Shown: piece by piece, positions 23,971-35,649 of the stretch
Layout: each line of letters opens with the position of its first letter
Numbering within the stretch: the stretch's first letter is position 1
From: Heptranchias perlo
Taxonomy: Eukaryota
NCBI RefSeq assembly: GCF_035084215.1
Contig: NC_090367.1
Span: 8,124,001 to 8,188,000 of the forward strand
Reading direction: 5' to 3'
DNA length: 64,000 bases
Translations under genes and position numbers: made by a program
Notes under the pieces: generated by a model
The model's input: only the letters and a program-made list of their open reading frames with translations
Databases searched by the model: none
Told to the model about the DNA's origin: nothing

Positions 23971-25012
23971 CAACGTGCCTCCCGCACCGACCGTCCTTGT
24001 GGCCCAGCTGTACAGGGCAGTCAATGTCGAGCCGGTAAGTGTTGTGGGCCCCTTAGGAACTGGGCAGTGGCTGCCCCAAACCTACTGCATGCAGGACCTT
24101 TACAGCAAGCAAACTGAGGAGACTTTCATCCCATCAGTCTGGGCAGAATTTGAGCTCCAATCCCAGAGATGGACTAGTGTGTGTAGCAAGGGATATGGAG
24201 AACAGGCATGAATTGGGATTAGAGGGAGACAAAAAGGCAGGCAGAGCTTGGAAGACTTGCATTTTTATAGAGCATCTTTCACCACCCCAGGCAATGAAGT
24301 ACTTTTGAAAGTGTAGTCACTGTTGTAATGTAGGAAGCGTGGCAGCCAATTTGTGCACAGCAAGATCCCACAAACAGTAACGAGATAAATGACCAGATCA
24401 TCTGTTTTTAAGTGGTGTCCGTTGAGGGATAAGTGTTGGCCCAGGACACCAGGGAGAACTCCCCTGAATGGCCGACCGCTGTTGGTGTGTGACCTAACCC
24501 ATTGCGCCAACCAGTTCCCTGGGAATTTGCCATGGGATCGCTCTCCTGGGCAGCTGTGCCCACCTTGATGCAGGAGTGCCATTTGGTGCTGGGATTTAGT
24601 GCTGATGCAGACAGCCTGCTCCAAGAGACTGAAGGCCGAGTAGAGTCAATCCTATGACCTGTGGGCTACAATCCCAGTCCTGTACTGAGCCGTCCCATCA
24701 ACCAGACGCCCGACCGGTAAATGGGTGCAATCCAGACACAGTGCTCTCAAACGTATCATCCCACGCAGGGGGGGGATCCGATTTCTGAATTTGGAGCCTT
24801 TCCTAAATTGAGAAACCTACAGTGGAGGGGACCTGAGAGAGGAGCGGGAGCGAAGACCAGGTCAATTTAGGAGTAGTGATTGGGGGAAAAATGGAAGAGG
24901 ATAAACCGGAGTACAGGGAAACTTGCCAATATCTATGAGGGGGGTGTCCAAGGAGATCTAACACATTACATCGAAAAAACTAGATTATCAGCAAACACTT
25001 CAAGCTTGATGA

Positions 25013-25981
25013 GGGATTCTGTACAATGGGAGTGAATGGGAAGGGGTTTGGTCCATTGGAATTCTATACAATGGGAGTGAATGGGAAGGGGTTTGGTCCA
25101 TTGGGATTGTGTACAATGGGAGTGAATGGGAAGGGATTTGGTCCATTGGGATTCTGTACAATGGGAGTGAATGGGAAGGGGTTTGGTCCATTGGGATTCT
25201 GTGCAATGGGAGTGAATGCGAAGGGGTTTGGTCCATTGGGATTCTGTACAATGGGAGTGAATGGGAAGGGGTTTGGTCCATTGGGATTCTGTACAATGGG
25301 AGTGAATGGGAAGGGGTTTGGTTCATTGGGATTCTGTACAATGGGAGTGAATGGGAAGGGGTTTGGTCCATTGGGATTGTGTACAATGTGAGTGAATGGG
25401 AAGGAGTTTGGTCCATTGGGATTCTGTACAATGGGAGTGAATGCGAAGGGGTTTGGTCCATTGGGATTCTATACAATGGGGGTGAATGGGAAGGGGTTTG
25501 GTCCATTGGGATTCTGTACAATGGGAGTGAATGGGAAGGGGTTTGGTCAATTGGGATTGTGTACAATGTGAGTGAATGGGAAGGAGTTTGGTCCATTGGG
25601 ATTCTGTACAATGGGAGTGAATGGGAAGAGGTTTGGTCCATTGGGATTCTGTACAATGGGGGTGAATGGGAAGGGGTTTGGTCCATTGGGATTCTGTACA
25701 ATGGGAGTGAATGGGAAGGAGTTTGGTCCATTGGGATTCTGTACAATGGGGGTGAATGGGAAGGGGTTTGGTCCATTGGGATTCTGTACAATGGGAGTGA
25801 ATGGGAAGGGGTTTGGTCCATTGGGATTCTGTACAATGGGAGTGAATGGGAAGGGGTTTGGTCCATTGGGATTCTGTACAATGGGAGTGAATGGGAAGGG
25901 GTTTGGTCCATTGGGATTGTGTACAATGTGAGTGAATGGGAAGGAGTTTGGTCCATTGGGATTCTGTACAATGGGAGTGAG
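25013..25981 (+). repeat. 45-bp minisatellite (~21 copies), same unit as 249-587
   Basis: Identical consensus unit. Confidence 0.95.
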
Positions 25982-26258
25982 TAGGGAAACGTTTGGGATT
26001 CCACAGTGGGATCTTCTTTTGTGTTGTGTTTATCGGGGATCGGGAAGCACACGGCGACTTCGACATTACCTCTTTGGGCTGCTGAGCTGTGCAATAATGA
26101 CAAACGTCACTGATCTCGGCAACGGCACACGGACACGACATCGCACTCAGAACTACAAGAAAGTCTGGCTTTGCAAAAGGCAAGAGACGAGGAGGAGGAG
26201 CAGTTTGGTTCGATCCCAGACTCCGAGGACACTCGACCATCGCCTGGCGGTCACTTAC

Positions 26259-26341
26259 CCGTGTCTACAGCACAGTCTCTTCAGCTTCAGCTCAGAGCAG
26301 TTGAGCTGGGCGAGTCCTATCAGTATGCCAGCGAACGTACC
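26259..26341 (-). CDS. ATG2A: ATG2A exon (GTFAGILIGLAQLNCSELKLKRLCCRHG)
   Basis: 83 nt, phase 0/2, AG/GTAAGT flanks. Confidence 0.95.
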
Positions 26342-27183
26342 CTGCGGGCGAGGGAAACACATGTTAAGCCTTGGAGAATGGAACTGTTTTGACTTCTTTC
26401 TAACACCATCAAAAGCACTCTAAAGATTCAGAGTGTCTACTGACACCACTGTGTCAGCCAACGATTTGTAGGCGGGGTGGGGCGGGGCTTACGGCAGGAC
26501 TCACAGCAAACAGTCCATTTTTACAGCCAAGTCTATTTACTCAGCAAACAGAGCTTGTTTAAACAGCGCACTACAGCAAACAGTCTACAGAATCTGTTTA
26601 AAAAGAACTAAAGCAAACAGAACTCACGACCGAAACTACAGCAACTTCTCCCGATTACAGCAGGATTATTTCTCCAGCAAAAATGCAGTGAGTGGAGGAT
26701 GGTTACGTAAAAATTACGTGGGTAAAATCAATGCCAGTCACTTACAGCAATTCTGGCCAGGAACAATGGTCTGACTGTAACATTGAGGTCACTCAAGGTG
26801 CTGAGTTATCAGCTCTGACCGATGGCCCGATGGGTATGCGGACTGCCTAATGTCGTACCGAGCTATATTCCGTCTTTCAGCTTGTGCCGGATTATGCCGA
26901 CCGAGGCAAGCACTGGGGAGGGCACTAGAACTGGGCTCAAGTGTTCTGGACTGGGGGTGGGGGAGGAGAGCATGAAAAGCAACTAGGGTTAATGCTCCTC
27001 ACAGCTATCGAGTGCTCCCTGCTGGAAAGTACAAGAAAAGGATGATGCTCAGTGCATCAGTGCTCAGAGTGGGGCGGGAGGGTGGAATATATTAGTAGAA
27101 TAAATTCAGGCGGGAGGGGAGTGAGAGAAATCAGTGGATGGTACAAACAAGCCCCTCCCCATAGCCAACGAGTAGTCACTCAC

Positions 27184-27253
27184 TTGATCCATGGTCACAT
27201 GTTTGCCGTGATAGTCCAACCAGATCGGCACTTCCGAGGTGAACCGGAATTCC
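27184..27253 (-). CDS. ATG2A: ATG2A exon (EFRFTSEVPIWLDYHGKHVTMDQ)
   Basis: 70 nt, phase 2/0, AG/GTGAGT flanks. Confidence 0.95.
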
Positions 27254-27827
27254 CTGTCGCAGAGAGAGAAGGCTCGCTGTAACACACGTACTTAGGTTCC
27301 GCCCGACGGCCGGCAAACTGCGCGCAGGCGAAACGGCTTCGCCATTCGGAGAGTCGCGGCCGAGCCGAAAGGGGGAGGAGGGCCGTCAGGAGAGGAAAGC
27401 GCCCGCTCGCTGCGGACTGGCGCCCCCGTCCGTTCGCTCGCCACGCGCGGCCGAGAAACGAGAGCGCGGGAGCGCGTCAGCCCGCGAGGGAGAGCGAAAG
27501 GGAGCGAGCGCAAGCAAGCGAGAGGGGCTCTTATCCCCTTATCATGGACTGAGGTGGGGCTTTAGACCCAGAGGCGAGAGGGCAGACGTTTTAAAACGAC
27601 TCGTCATCCGGTGCGCTGCAGGGCAATTGGCCTTTTGCAAAGTCCAAACCCAGACAGGGGACGTCCGAGAGCCGGGCACAGGATGAGTTCTTTGCTGGCG
27701 ATGATAATTTAGTGACGGTCTTCGTTAACTAAACGTCTTCACATTCATGGGATGCAGAAGGACATGACAAAGAACAGCCCATTAGAAAACGTCTCGTTTA
27801 CATTTTAGGAATCTCTGAACCAAAGAT

Positions 27828-28375
27828 TAGGGCCCAGCTAGAGTATTGTGTCCAATTCTGGGCGTCACACTTTAGAAAGGATGTCAAGGCCTTAGAGAGG
27901 GTGCAGAGGAGATTTACCAGAATGGTACCAGGGATGAGGGACTTCAATTATGTGGAGAGACTGGAGAAACTGGGATTGTTCTCCTCAGAGCGCAGAAGGT
28001 TAAGGGGAGATTTAACAGAGGTGTTCAAAATCATGAGGGGTTTTGATAGAGTAAATAAGGAGAAACTGTTTCCAGTGGCAGGAGGGGTCGGTAACCAGAG
28101 GAACCAGATTTAAAATAATTAGCAAAAGGACCAGAGGTGAGATGAGGAGACATTTTTTTTTTTTTACACAGTAAGTTGTTACGATCTGGATTGCGCTTTC
28201 TGAAAGGGCAGATTCAATAATAACTTTCAAAAGGGAATTAGATAAATAGTTGAAAAGGAAAAATCTGTCGGGCTAATGGGGAAAGAGCAGGGGGGCGTGG
28301 GGTGTTGGACTAATTGGAGAGCTCTTTCAAAGAAGAACGACGGGCCGAATGGCCTCCTCCTGCATTGTATCATTC
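27828..28375 (+). mobile_element. CR1 LINE 3' fragment
   Basis: VQRRFTRMVPGMRDFNYVERLEKLGLFS. Confidence 0.85.
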
Positions 28376-28446
28376 TAAGAAAACAGAAAATGGAACGGTT
28401 CGGCCCCAGCAGCAGTTGTGCAGAGGCCGCGGGGTCAGCGCTGTAC

Positions 28447-28621
28447 CTGAAATAGATTGGCTGCTCGGAGGAGGAGGAGGCCGTGGACGAGGAACTCTGC
28501 TCGCTGAAGGTCGTCTCCATCGAGGCCGTCATCTCGGGCGCGCTCTGACCGGGGTCTGCGTCCTTGCCGATGGAATCGGCGTCGAAAACCGCGCTTGCTC
28601 TCCGGCTGGCGTCGGGCTTGG
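28447..28621 (-). CDS. ATG2A: ATG2A exon (KPDASRRAS...SSSSEQPIYFR)
   Basis: 175 nt, phase 1/2; low-complexity linker ending in the conserved QPIYFR. Confidence 0.9.
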
Positions 28622-28704
28622 CTACAACCGAGGGCGGGGAGAAAAAAAAAGGCCACGGGTTAATGGCGAACTGCGGGGGACGCACTTCGAGAACTGCGAG
28701 CCAG

Positions 28705-29015
28705 CCGGCATTTACGCAGCGCCTTTCACGTCCTCAGGACGCCCACAGCCAACCAATGACTTTCTGAAGGGCAGTCACCGTTGCAAACATGGCAGCACAG
28801 CATGATCCCATAAATAGCAAATGTGACAATTGGCCAGTGATGTTGGTTGAGGGATAAATATTGGCCCCAGGACACCGGGGAGAACTCCCCCTGCTCTTCT
28901 TCCAATAGCGGCCGTGGGATCTTTTACATCCACCCAAGAGGGGCAGACGGGGCCCTGGTTTAACTCCTCATCCGAAAGACGGCACCTCCGACAGTGTAGC
29001 ACTCCCTCGGTATTG
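28705..29015 (-). mobile_element. DeuSINE copy (partial)
   Basis: Core and tail similarity. Confidence 0.75.
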
Positions 29016-29105
29016 GAAGTGTTTAACCCACTGCCTGGCCCTGTGCCCTTTACAACCCCATTAATGTCTGTGCCGAAACAGTGTTTGCTCCCCTCTCATT
29101 CCTAC

Positions 29106-29190
29106 CTTCTGCTGCCGATTCAATGGGAACAACGGGATTGATTCCAGTTGCAAAACTGGTGAAGAAATCCTTCAGGAAGAATAAGGCATC
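29106..29190 (-). CDS. ATG2A: ATG2A exon (DALFFLKDFFTSFATGINPVVPIESAAE)
   Basis: 85 nt, phase 0/1, AG/GT flanks. Confidence 0.95.
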
Positions 29191-30032
29191 CTAGGAAGTG
29201 ATTAAAAAAAAAAAAATTAGCGAGATATCTCGCACAGACTAGTTATCAGATATGCGGAAGGGTGCGCCTGCCCCCTGAAGATGGTGAGGGGGCTCCAATT
29301 CCAGGGGGCACAAGCTTAAAAGGAGGTAGTTGAGGGCAAGTAAAGACGACAGGCAGAAGTGTTGATGCAAAGGGGTGTGGAGTCAGTGACCAGGGAATCG
29401 ATGGGGCTGAAGGAGACCTCTAATTCACTGAGAAGCCCAGATGAAGGTCCAGGACCCACCGTGCAGGACAGCAAGAACGAAAGGAAAGACGAAGGGGGTC
29501 GCAGCGATTAGGGGGCACCGGGGTCCAAAAGGCTGAAGACTGCAGTCCAAGTTCAAAGGACTCGCGGGGGCCATCGGATGCGGTGGTGAGGACAGAAGGG
29601 ATACGATGAGAAGGCGGGCGGGCGGGATTGAATCTCTGAACAAAGGCATGGGCCTGAATGGCCTTCTCGTACGTCTCAAGTTCTTATCGCTCGACGGGGA
29701 GAGCTTTGGGAGCTGCAGCCTGTGGATCACCGGGGGACGCTGCTCGCCGTGAGGCGGGCAAACGGACGGTTTCCAGTGGCGACAGGCGGTGACGACGGAC
29801 GAGCGGTCACCTCGGGGAAAGCCCACCGGCTTGAGGTGGTGGTGGGGGGGGGGGGTGGTGGGCAGGGCTCGGTGCATTGTGATTTGCTGGACGGACAGCG
29901 GCTTCGGGTTCTGTATTCCAATCAGCCAAAAGGGACTCTGCAACGTTACATCATAGGCTCAGAGAGACCATCGATAAAACAGAGGGAAGGAGGGAGCGAC
30001 ACAGAGAGATTTTCAACGCTTGGAACACTAAC

Positions 30033-30134
30033 CTGGTCAATGTTGAGGCGCAGTGGCATGAGAGAGACGCGTAGGCAGCATTCGGGGCCGCCAAGCCCAG
30101 ACTCCGGCCGGACGTGAAAAGCCTTAATCGTCAG
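30033..30134 (-). CDS. ATG2A: ATG2A exon (LTIKAFHVRPESGLGGPECCLRVSLMPLRLNIDQ)
   Basis: 102 nt, phase 0/0; conserved PLRLNIDQ motif. Confidence 0.95.
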
Positions 30135-31266
30135 CTACGGAACAAACAAACAAACGCATCAGGACAATTATTCTAATGCTGCTGAGATGAAATCCCTCTT
30201 TTCAGCTCCCCAATAACCTAAGCGGATTAAAGGCCTCATCGATTAGCTTACCGTGCACCTACACAGCAAGGACCAGGGGGGGTCAATCACCGACCCACAT
30301 TGAGTGACTCCTGCTGGGTCGGATGTGCGTTCGCTGGGAAAGGACAGGACAGGGCGTTGGCCGGGATGCTCTCCACAATCGAATAACCCGCAGGCATTCG
30401 GCGTCTGGGTCCACGCACAAGGGCGTCATCGCTGCTCCGGCAATCGGGAGAGAGAGGGTCAGCGAATTCAGCGCTCCATCTGTCGCCCGGTCTCCGCAGC
30501 CTACCAACGCAGCCGTTCCCGGTAGCGCGGGACTGGAGAACAGGCCGCTTTGGGTGCGGTGCTGGAGAGCGGCTGGTGACGGTGGAACCCGTAGCCCGGC
30601 GAGAGCCGGCGTCTGCAGGAGGGGAGGCTTAGAAGACAACAACATCCCACTGCCGCAGCTCTGGGATAAGCACAGCCGCTAGTCTATACACTTACTGCGT
30701 GCATTCCACATCCGGGGGGGCGGGGGGGACACCCCCCGCAGTCGGCCTCGCCCGGGGGGCCCCCCCCGCAGCCGCTTACTTGTCAGTGGGTCTGAGTGTA
30801 GATATTGGATTGGACTCGGTTGCGATATGGCCCCCATGGCCAAGCAGCCGGCCACCCCTCATCTGTTTGAGCGAAGTAGCGGAGGTGGCCCCGGAGGCTG
30901 TACTCTCAGTGCTTCCAGGAGAGGCGGGGTAGGGGAGAGTGAGACGTCCTGGTTCCCACCATCAACGGGCGGAAGGTCTAGCCCGGGTACTTCACTGGCC
31001 TGTTGTGCATCCCCAATTTCCTTCGCCGCATCACTGGCGGCCGTTAGCTCTGGAATTCCCTCCCTAAACCTCTCCGCCTCTCTCACCTCCTTTAAGACGC
31101 TCCTTAAAACCTCTCTCTTTGACCAAGCTTTTGGTCACCTGTCCTAATATCTCCTTATGTGGCTCGGTGTCAGATTTCTGTCTGATAATCGCTCCTGTGA
31201 AGCGCCTCGGGACGTTTTACTCGGGTTAAAGGCGCTGTGTAAATTCGAGTCGTTTGATGACTGTAC

Positions 31267-31485
31267 CATGTTGGAGTGGGCCCTCCTGGGCATCTTCTCG
31301 CTGGTGTAGAGGTAAAGGAACTTGTTGATTTGGGAGGAGGCCAGCCGGTCACGGATCTCCAGTTCCTGGACGATGAAGACCTGGCGGGCGATGGGCTGCT
31401 CTTCCAGCTCGGGTACCGGCGCTTCTGTCGGGCCTCTCTCGAGCGTGGCGGTGGGAGCGGGGTAGGTCTCGTGCTGGAAGCTCAC
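31267..31485 (-). CDS. ATG2A: ATG2A exon (VSFQHETYP...ELEIRDRLASSQINKFLYLYTSEKMPRRAHSNM)
   Basis: 219 nt, phase 0/0, AG/GT flanks. Confidence 0.95.
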
Positions 31486-31679
31486 CTAGGCGGGAATCAC
31501 GGAGATCGGTACAACAATTAGAAACACGCACACTCTTCCCCCCGTCACTCCTCACCTTAAATCGGCCTGCAACACACAGACTATTACAACCCAAGCTTGG
31601 CGTCGCCCATTTGCCTCACCCTTACGCTTGGTCTTTTGGGCCTTGCTGGTGTCTCTCTGCTCCAGTCATCACTGAGGGC

Positions 31680-32243
31680 CTGCACCTCCAGGCTTGACTA
31701 CTCCGACGCTCGCCAGGCCGGCCTCCCACCTTCCACCCTCCATAAACCCCAGCTCGTCCAAAACTCTGCTGCCCCCGTATCCTAACTCGCACCAAGCCCC
31801 GTTCACCCGTCACCCCCTGTGCTCGCTGGCTCCCAGTCCCCCAACGCCTCAAATTTAAAATTCTCATCCTCGTGTTCAAATCCCTCGCCCCCCCTCTCTA
31901 TCTCTGCAACCTCCTCCAGCCCCTACGACCCTCCGAGATCTCTGCGCTCCTCCAATTCTGGCCTCTTGCGCATCCCCCGATTTTAATCGCTCCGCCGTTG
32001 GCGGCCGTGCCTTCAGCTGCCCGGGCCCCCAAGCTCTGGAATTCCCTCCCTGAACCTCTCCGTCTCTCTCTCTCCTCCTTTAAGACGCTTCTTAAAACCT
32101 ACCTCTTTGACCAAGCTTTTGGTCACCTGTCCTAATATCTCCTTATGTGGCTCGGTGTCAGATTTTGTTTGATAATCGCTCCTGTGAAGCGCCTCGGGAT
32201 GTTTACTACGTTAAAGGCGCTATATAAATGCAGGTTGTTGTTA
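31680..32243 (+). mobile_element. L2-clade LINE 3' fragment
   Basis: SRLDYS...QLVQNSAA...KLWNSLP...FKTLLKTYLF; tail AAGGCGCTATATAAATGCAGGTTGTTGTT. Confidence 0.78.
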
Positions 32244-32489
32244 CGAACCTGGACTCTTCAACTTGTTTGAAGGACAGTGCCACCACAACTCGACAGAAGT
32301 TCCAGTTTCACAGGAAGACCCACCCAGTGTTGTGGCTTTTAAACCAGGTTATCACAGGGGGTAGGCGTGAAACAGGAAGAGACTTAAGTCCTTCGCATGA
32401 GACACTACTGTGCATGAGTCATGGAGGGTCCACCTTTACCCCGCCCTCCCAGGGCTCAGCTGGTTTTGACAGCCAGCAAAAGAACGAAC

Positions 32490-32951
32490 AAACGAACTTG
32501 CATTTATATAGCGCCTTTCACAGCCTCAGGAAGTGCCATCGCGCTTTACAGCCAATAAAATACTTTCTGAAGTGTAGTCACTGTTGTGATGTAGGAAACA
32601 CAGCAGCCAATTTGTGCACAGCAAGATCCCGCAAACAGCAATGACCAGATCGTCTGTTTTTTAGTGATGTTGGTTGAGGGATAAATATTGGCCCCAGGGC
32701 ACCGGGGAGAGCTCTTCTTCCAATAGTGGCCGTGGGATCTTTTATGTCCACCTGAGAGGGGCAGACGGGGCCTCGGTTTAACGTCTCATCCAAAAGTCGG
32801 CACCTCCGACAGTGCAGCGCTCCCTCGGTACTGGCACTGGGAGTGTCGGCCTGGATCGTGGGGCTCGAACCCACGACCTGACTCAGAGAGAGAGAGAGAG
32901 GAGAGAGAGAGAGGGAGAGGAGAGAGAGAGAGCCACTGAGCCGCAGCTGAC
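32490..32951 (-). mobile_element. DeuSINE copy with (GA)n in the head
   Basis: Full head-core-tail similarity. Confidence 0.85.
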
Positions 32952-33350
32952 GCGAACAGACCAGAGGGGGCCGGCGTCCGAGCCCTAATCTCGGCTAAAC
33001 TCATCATTTGGGAGTTATACTATTGGTTTCGATGCCTCTACGTTGTGAGGACGAGGAGGGGAGGGAAAATGTGCCAGGGCTGGCACTGATAAAACACTAT
33101 CTAGTGAACCCTGCTGTTACGTGCGTGCGCGTGTATGTCTGGTGTGTTTGTGATGCCCCCCACAGTTGAATTTCCCGCTGCTTGTCAAGGCGCATGCACG
33201 AAGAATGGCCACTTGGTAACAGAGGGCAGAACCCATACCCTCGGCAACGGAGGGGGTGGTCGTACGTAGCGGGTGCAGGCGGAGGCAGGTCTCGTCCCCG
33301 ATCAGCACTGGTTTGGGCTGGGCTGTTCCCCGGAGCGGTTCTGGCCCTAC

Positions 33351-33486
33351 CTTGGTCAGCTGTATCTCCATGAGGATCTCGTGGTTCCTGCCGCAGCCGC
33401 CCTGCGTCCTCCACGTGTTCTGCGGCCGGTTGGGGAAGGAGGAGCGAGACGGGGAGCTCCTCGCGCTGACCGAGACCGGCCTCATC
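33351..33486 (-). CDS. ATG2A: ATG2A exon (MRPVSVSARSSPSR...WRTQGGCGRNHEILMEIQLTK)
   Basis: 136 nt, phase 2/0. Confidence 0.93.
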
Positions 33487-33840
33487 CTGCAGCGGGAGAC
33501 AAGAACCCACAAAGGTTACACTCGTTAATATTACAAGGGGCTGAATGGCCTTCGCCGGCTCCCATGTTTATGTTCCTATATGAGACTATTACAAGGGATT
33601 AGTTACACAGCCCTCAACCCCGCGTGTATCTCGAAATCTGGAACTTGCTCCCCCAAAAGTCTGTGGCTGCTGGAGGTCAATTGAAACTTTTAAGACTGAG
33701 ATCGATAGATTTTTGTTGGGTGAGGGTATCAAGGGATAGGAACATGGCAACAGGAGGAGGCCATTCAGCCCCTCAGGCCTGTTCCGCCATTCAATGAATC
33801 TTACAACACCAGGTTATAGTCCAAGAGTTTTATTTGAAAA

Positions 33841-33877
33841 TCACAAGCTTTCGGAGCTTACCTCCTTCGTCAGGTGA
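33841..33877 (-). ncRNA. Second, identical minimal hammerhead ribozyme motif in the inverted pLTR arm (sense to ATG2A pre-mRNA)
   Basis: Exact reverse complement of 34388-34424. Confidence 0.78.
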
Positions 33878-34040
33878 GTGAGTGAAGGGTTCTAAGATCG
33901 CATTGCATATATTAGGCTGGGAGACGGTCACAGCAATCAAAGGTGTCGTTGGTGTTCAGACAGGTGAGCCACGGAAAACAGTACATCCCAGTATACTGAA
34001 TACACAATGGGTCAGATTACACAGACAAAGAGAGAGAGAC

Positions 34041-34079
<39 letters not shown>

Positions 34080-34387
34080 TCCAGTTATATTAAAAACAGG
34101 TAACTTTTTTCCCGCTGATGGGGTTACGTGTAGCGTGACATGAACCCAAGATCCCGGTTGAGGCCGTCCTCATGGGTGCAGAACCTGGCTAACAATTTCT
34201 GCTCGACGATTTTGCGTTGTCGTGTGTCTCGAAGGCCGCCTTGGAGAACGCTTACCCGAAGATCGGTGGTATACTGGGATGTAATGTTTTCCGTGGCTAA
34301 CCTGTCTGAACACCAACGACACCTTTGATTGCAGTGACCGTCTCCCAGCCTAATATATGCTATGCGATTTTAGAACCCTTCACTCAC

Positions 34388-34424
34388 TCACCTGACGAAG
34401 GAGGTAAGCTCCGAAAGCTTGTGA
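34388..34424 (+). ncRNA. Minimal type I hammerhead ribozyme motif in Penelope pLTR
   Basis: UCAC-CUGACGA-A-GGAG-GUAAG-CUCC-GAAA-GCUU-GUGA: core CUGANGA/GAAA, stem II GGAG/CUCC, palindromic AAGCUU helix III, stem I UCAC/GUGA. Confidence 0.78.
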
Positions 34425-34841
34425 TTTTCAAATAAAACTGCTGGACTATAGCCTGGTGTTGTAAGATTCCTTACATTTGTCCACCCCAGTCCATCACCAC
34501 ATCATGGCCATTCAGTGAGATCATGGCTGATCTGTATCTTAACTCCATTGACTCACCTTGGTTCCATAACCCTCAATGCCCGTACCCAACAAAAAATGAG
34601 TCAAGAGCAGGGTAAATGGATTCGAGATTCAGATCAGCCATGATCAAATTGAACGGCAGAACAGGCTCGAGGGGCTGAATGGCCTCCTCTAACTCCTAAG
34701 TTTATGTTTCTATATAAGAATAATACAAGGGAAGAGTTACATGCTCAACCCCGAGTATATAGGAATGGACAGTCGACAGACACAAGCTGGCATCGGGACT
34801 CCGACCCAGGCTGAAGGGCCACGAGCCTGGGTGCGGTAGGG

Positions 34842-35235
34842 TAGTGATTACGTGACTGGACTAGTGACCCAGAGACACGGGTTAATAATCCGGAGAACGC
34901 AAGTTCAAATCCCACCAGGGCAGTTCGAGAATTTGAATTCAGTTTTAAAAATAAATCTGGAAATAAAAATCCAGTCTCTGTGAGAGATCATGAAGCTGTC
35001 GGGTTGTCTTTAAAAATCCGACTGGTTAATTAATGTCTTTTAGGGAAGGAAACCTGCCGTCCGTCCCTGGTCTGGGCCTGTACGTGACTCCAGTCCCCAC
35101 ACCAACGTGGATGACTCATAACCACCCTCTGACGAGGCCGAGCAAGCCAATCAGTTGTATCAAACCTGTAGCAGTTCAAGAAGGCTCACCATCACCTTCT
35201 CTAGGGACGGGGCAATAAAAGGCCAGGCCTTGCTC
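34842..35235 (+). mobile_element. Second tRNA-derived SINE family sharing its 3' tail with the LINE at 8335-8888
   Basis: B-box-like AGTTCAAATCCC; tail GCAGTTCAAGAAGGCTCACCATCACCTTCTC...GGGCAATAAA. Confidence 0.6.
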
Positions 35236-35649
35236 AATATAAAGAACGGTCTCAATCCAGTGAATGCAAGCTCACAGTGCCATAAAGTAGCACTGAATGG
35301 GCAATCTCACTCACAAAGGCAATACCTCACGCTGGTTAAAGGGACAGCTCACACACACAGTGACCTCCCCCTACCCCACCCAGTATCGGGGTTGACTAGG
35401 AAGGGGGGCTGGGATGGCGTGTGGTGATGAGCCATACGGAGCAGGAAACCTCTGCCGTCAACCCTTGACCATGGAGAGAGGGAGAGCGACTCACCCCTGC
35501 TGGGATGTGCAAGTGGGGATGGGCACGGCTATAAGCTCTGCCGTTTCCCTCCCCACCCCCAAGCCCCCCCCCACCGGCTCCAACACACCCCACCCCCCGC
35601 CTCCTGACGCTGCCCGTCTCAGCTCACACGTGAAGAGTGACCGCTTTGA

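Larger units (their letters stand above)
33796..34500 (-). mobile_element. Truncated Penelope-like element with inverted pseudo-LTRs and the C-terminus of a GIY-YIG endonuclease
   Basis: ~200-bp inverted arms (33796-33996 / 34269-34469); - strand remnant DLRVSVLQGGLRDTRQRKIVEQKLLARFCTHEDGLNRDLGFMSRYT* (~34124-34270); flanking 12-bp near-duplication GCCATTCA[A/G]TGA. Confidence 0.85.

Noticed and set aside
25000..26240. 291-367 aa repeat ORFs
   Set aside because: 45-bp minisatellite inside an ATG2A intron.
30780..30862. Possible 83-nt cassette (poison) exon on the - strand with CAG/GTAAGC flanks
   Set aside because: No ATG2 homology; the flanking exons join perfectly in phase 0; such sites arise by chance and there is no transcript evidence.
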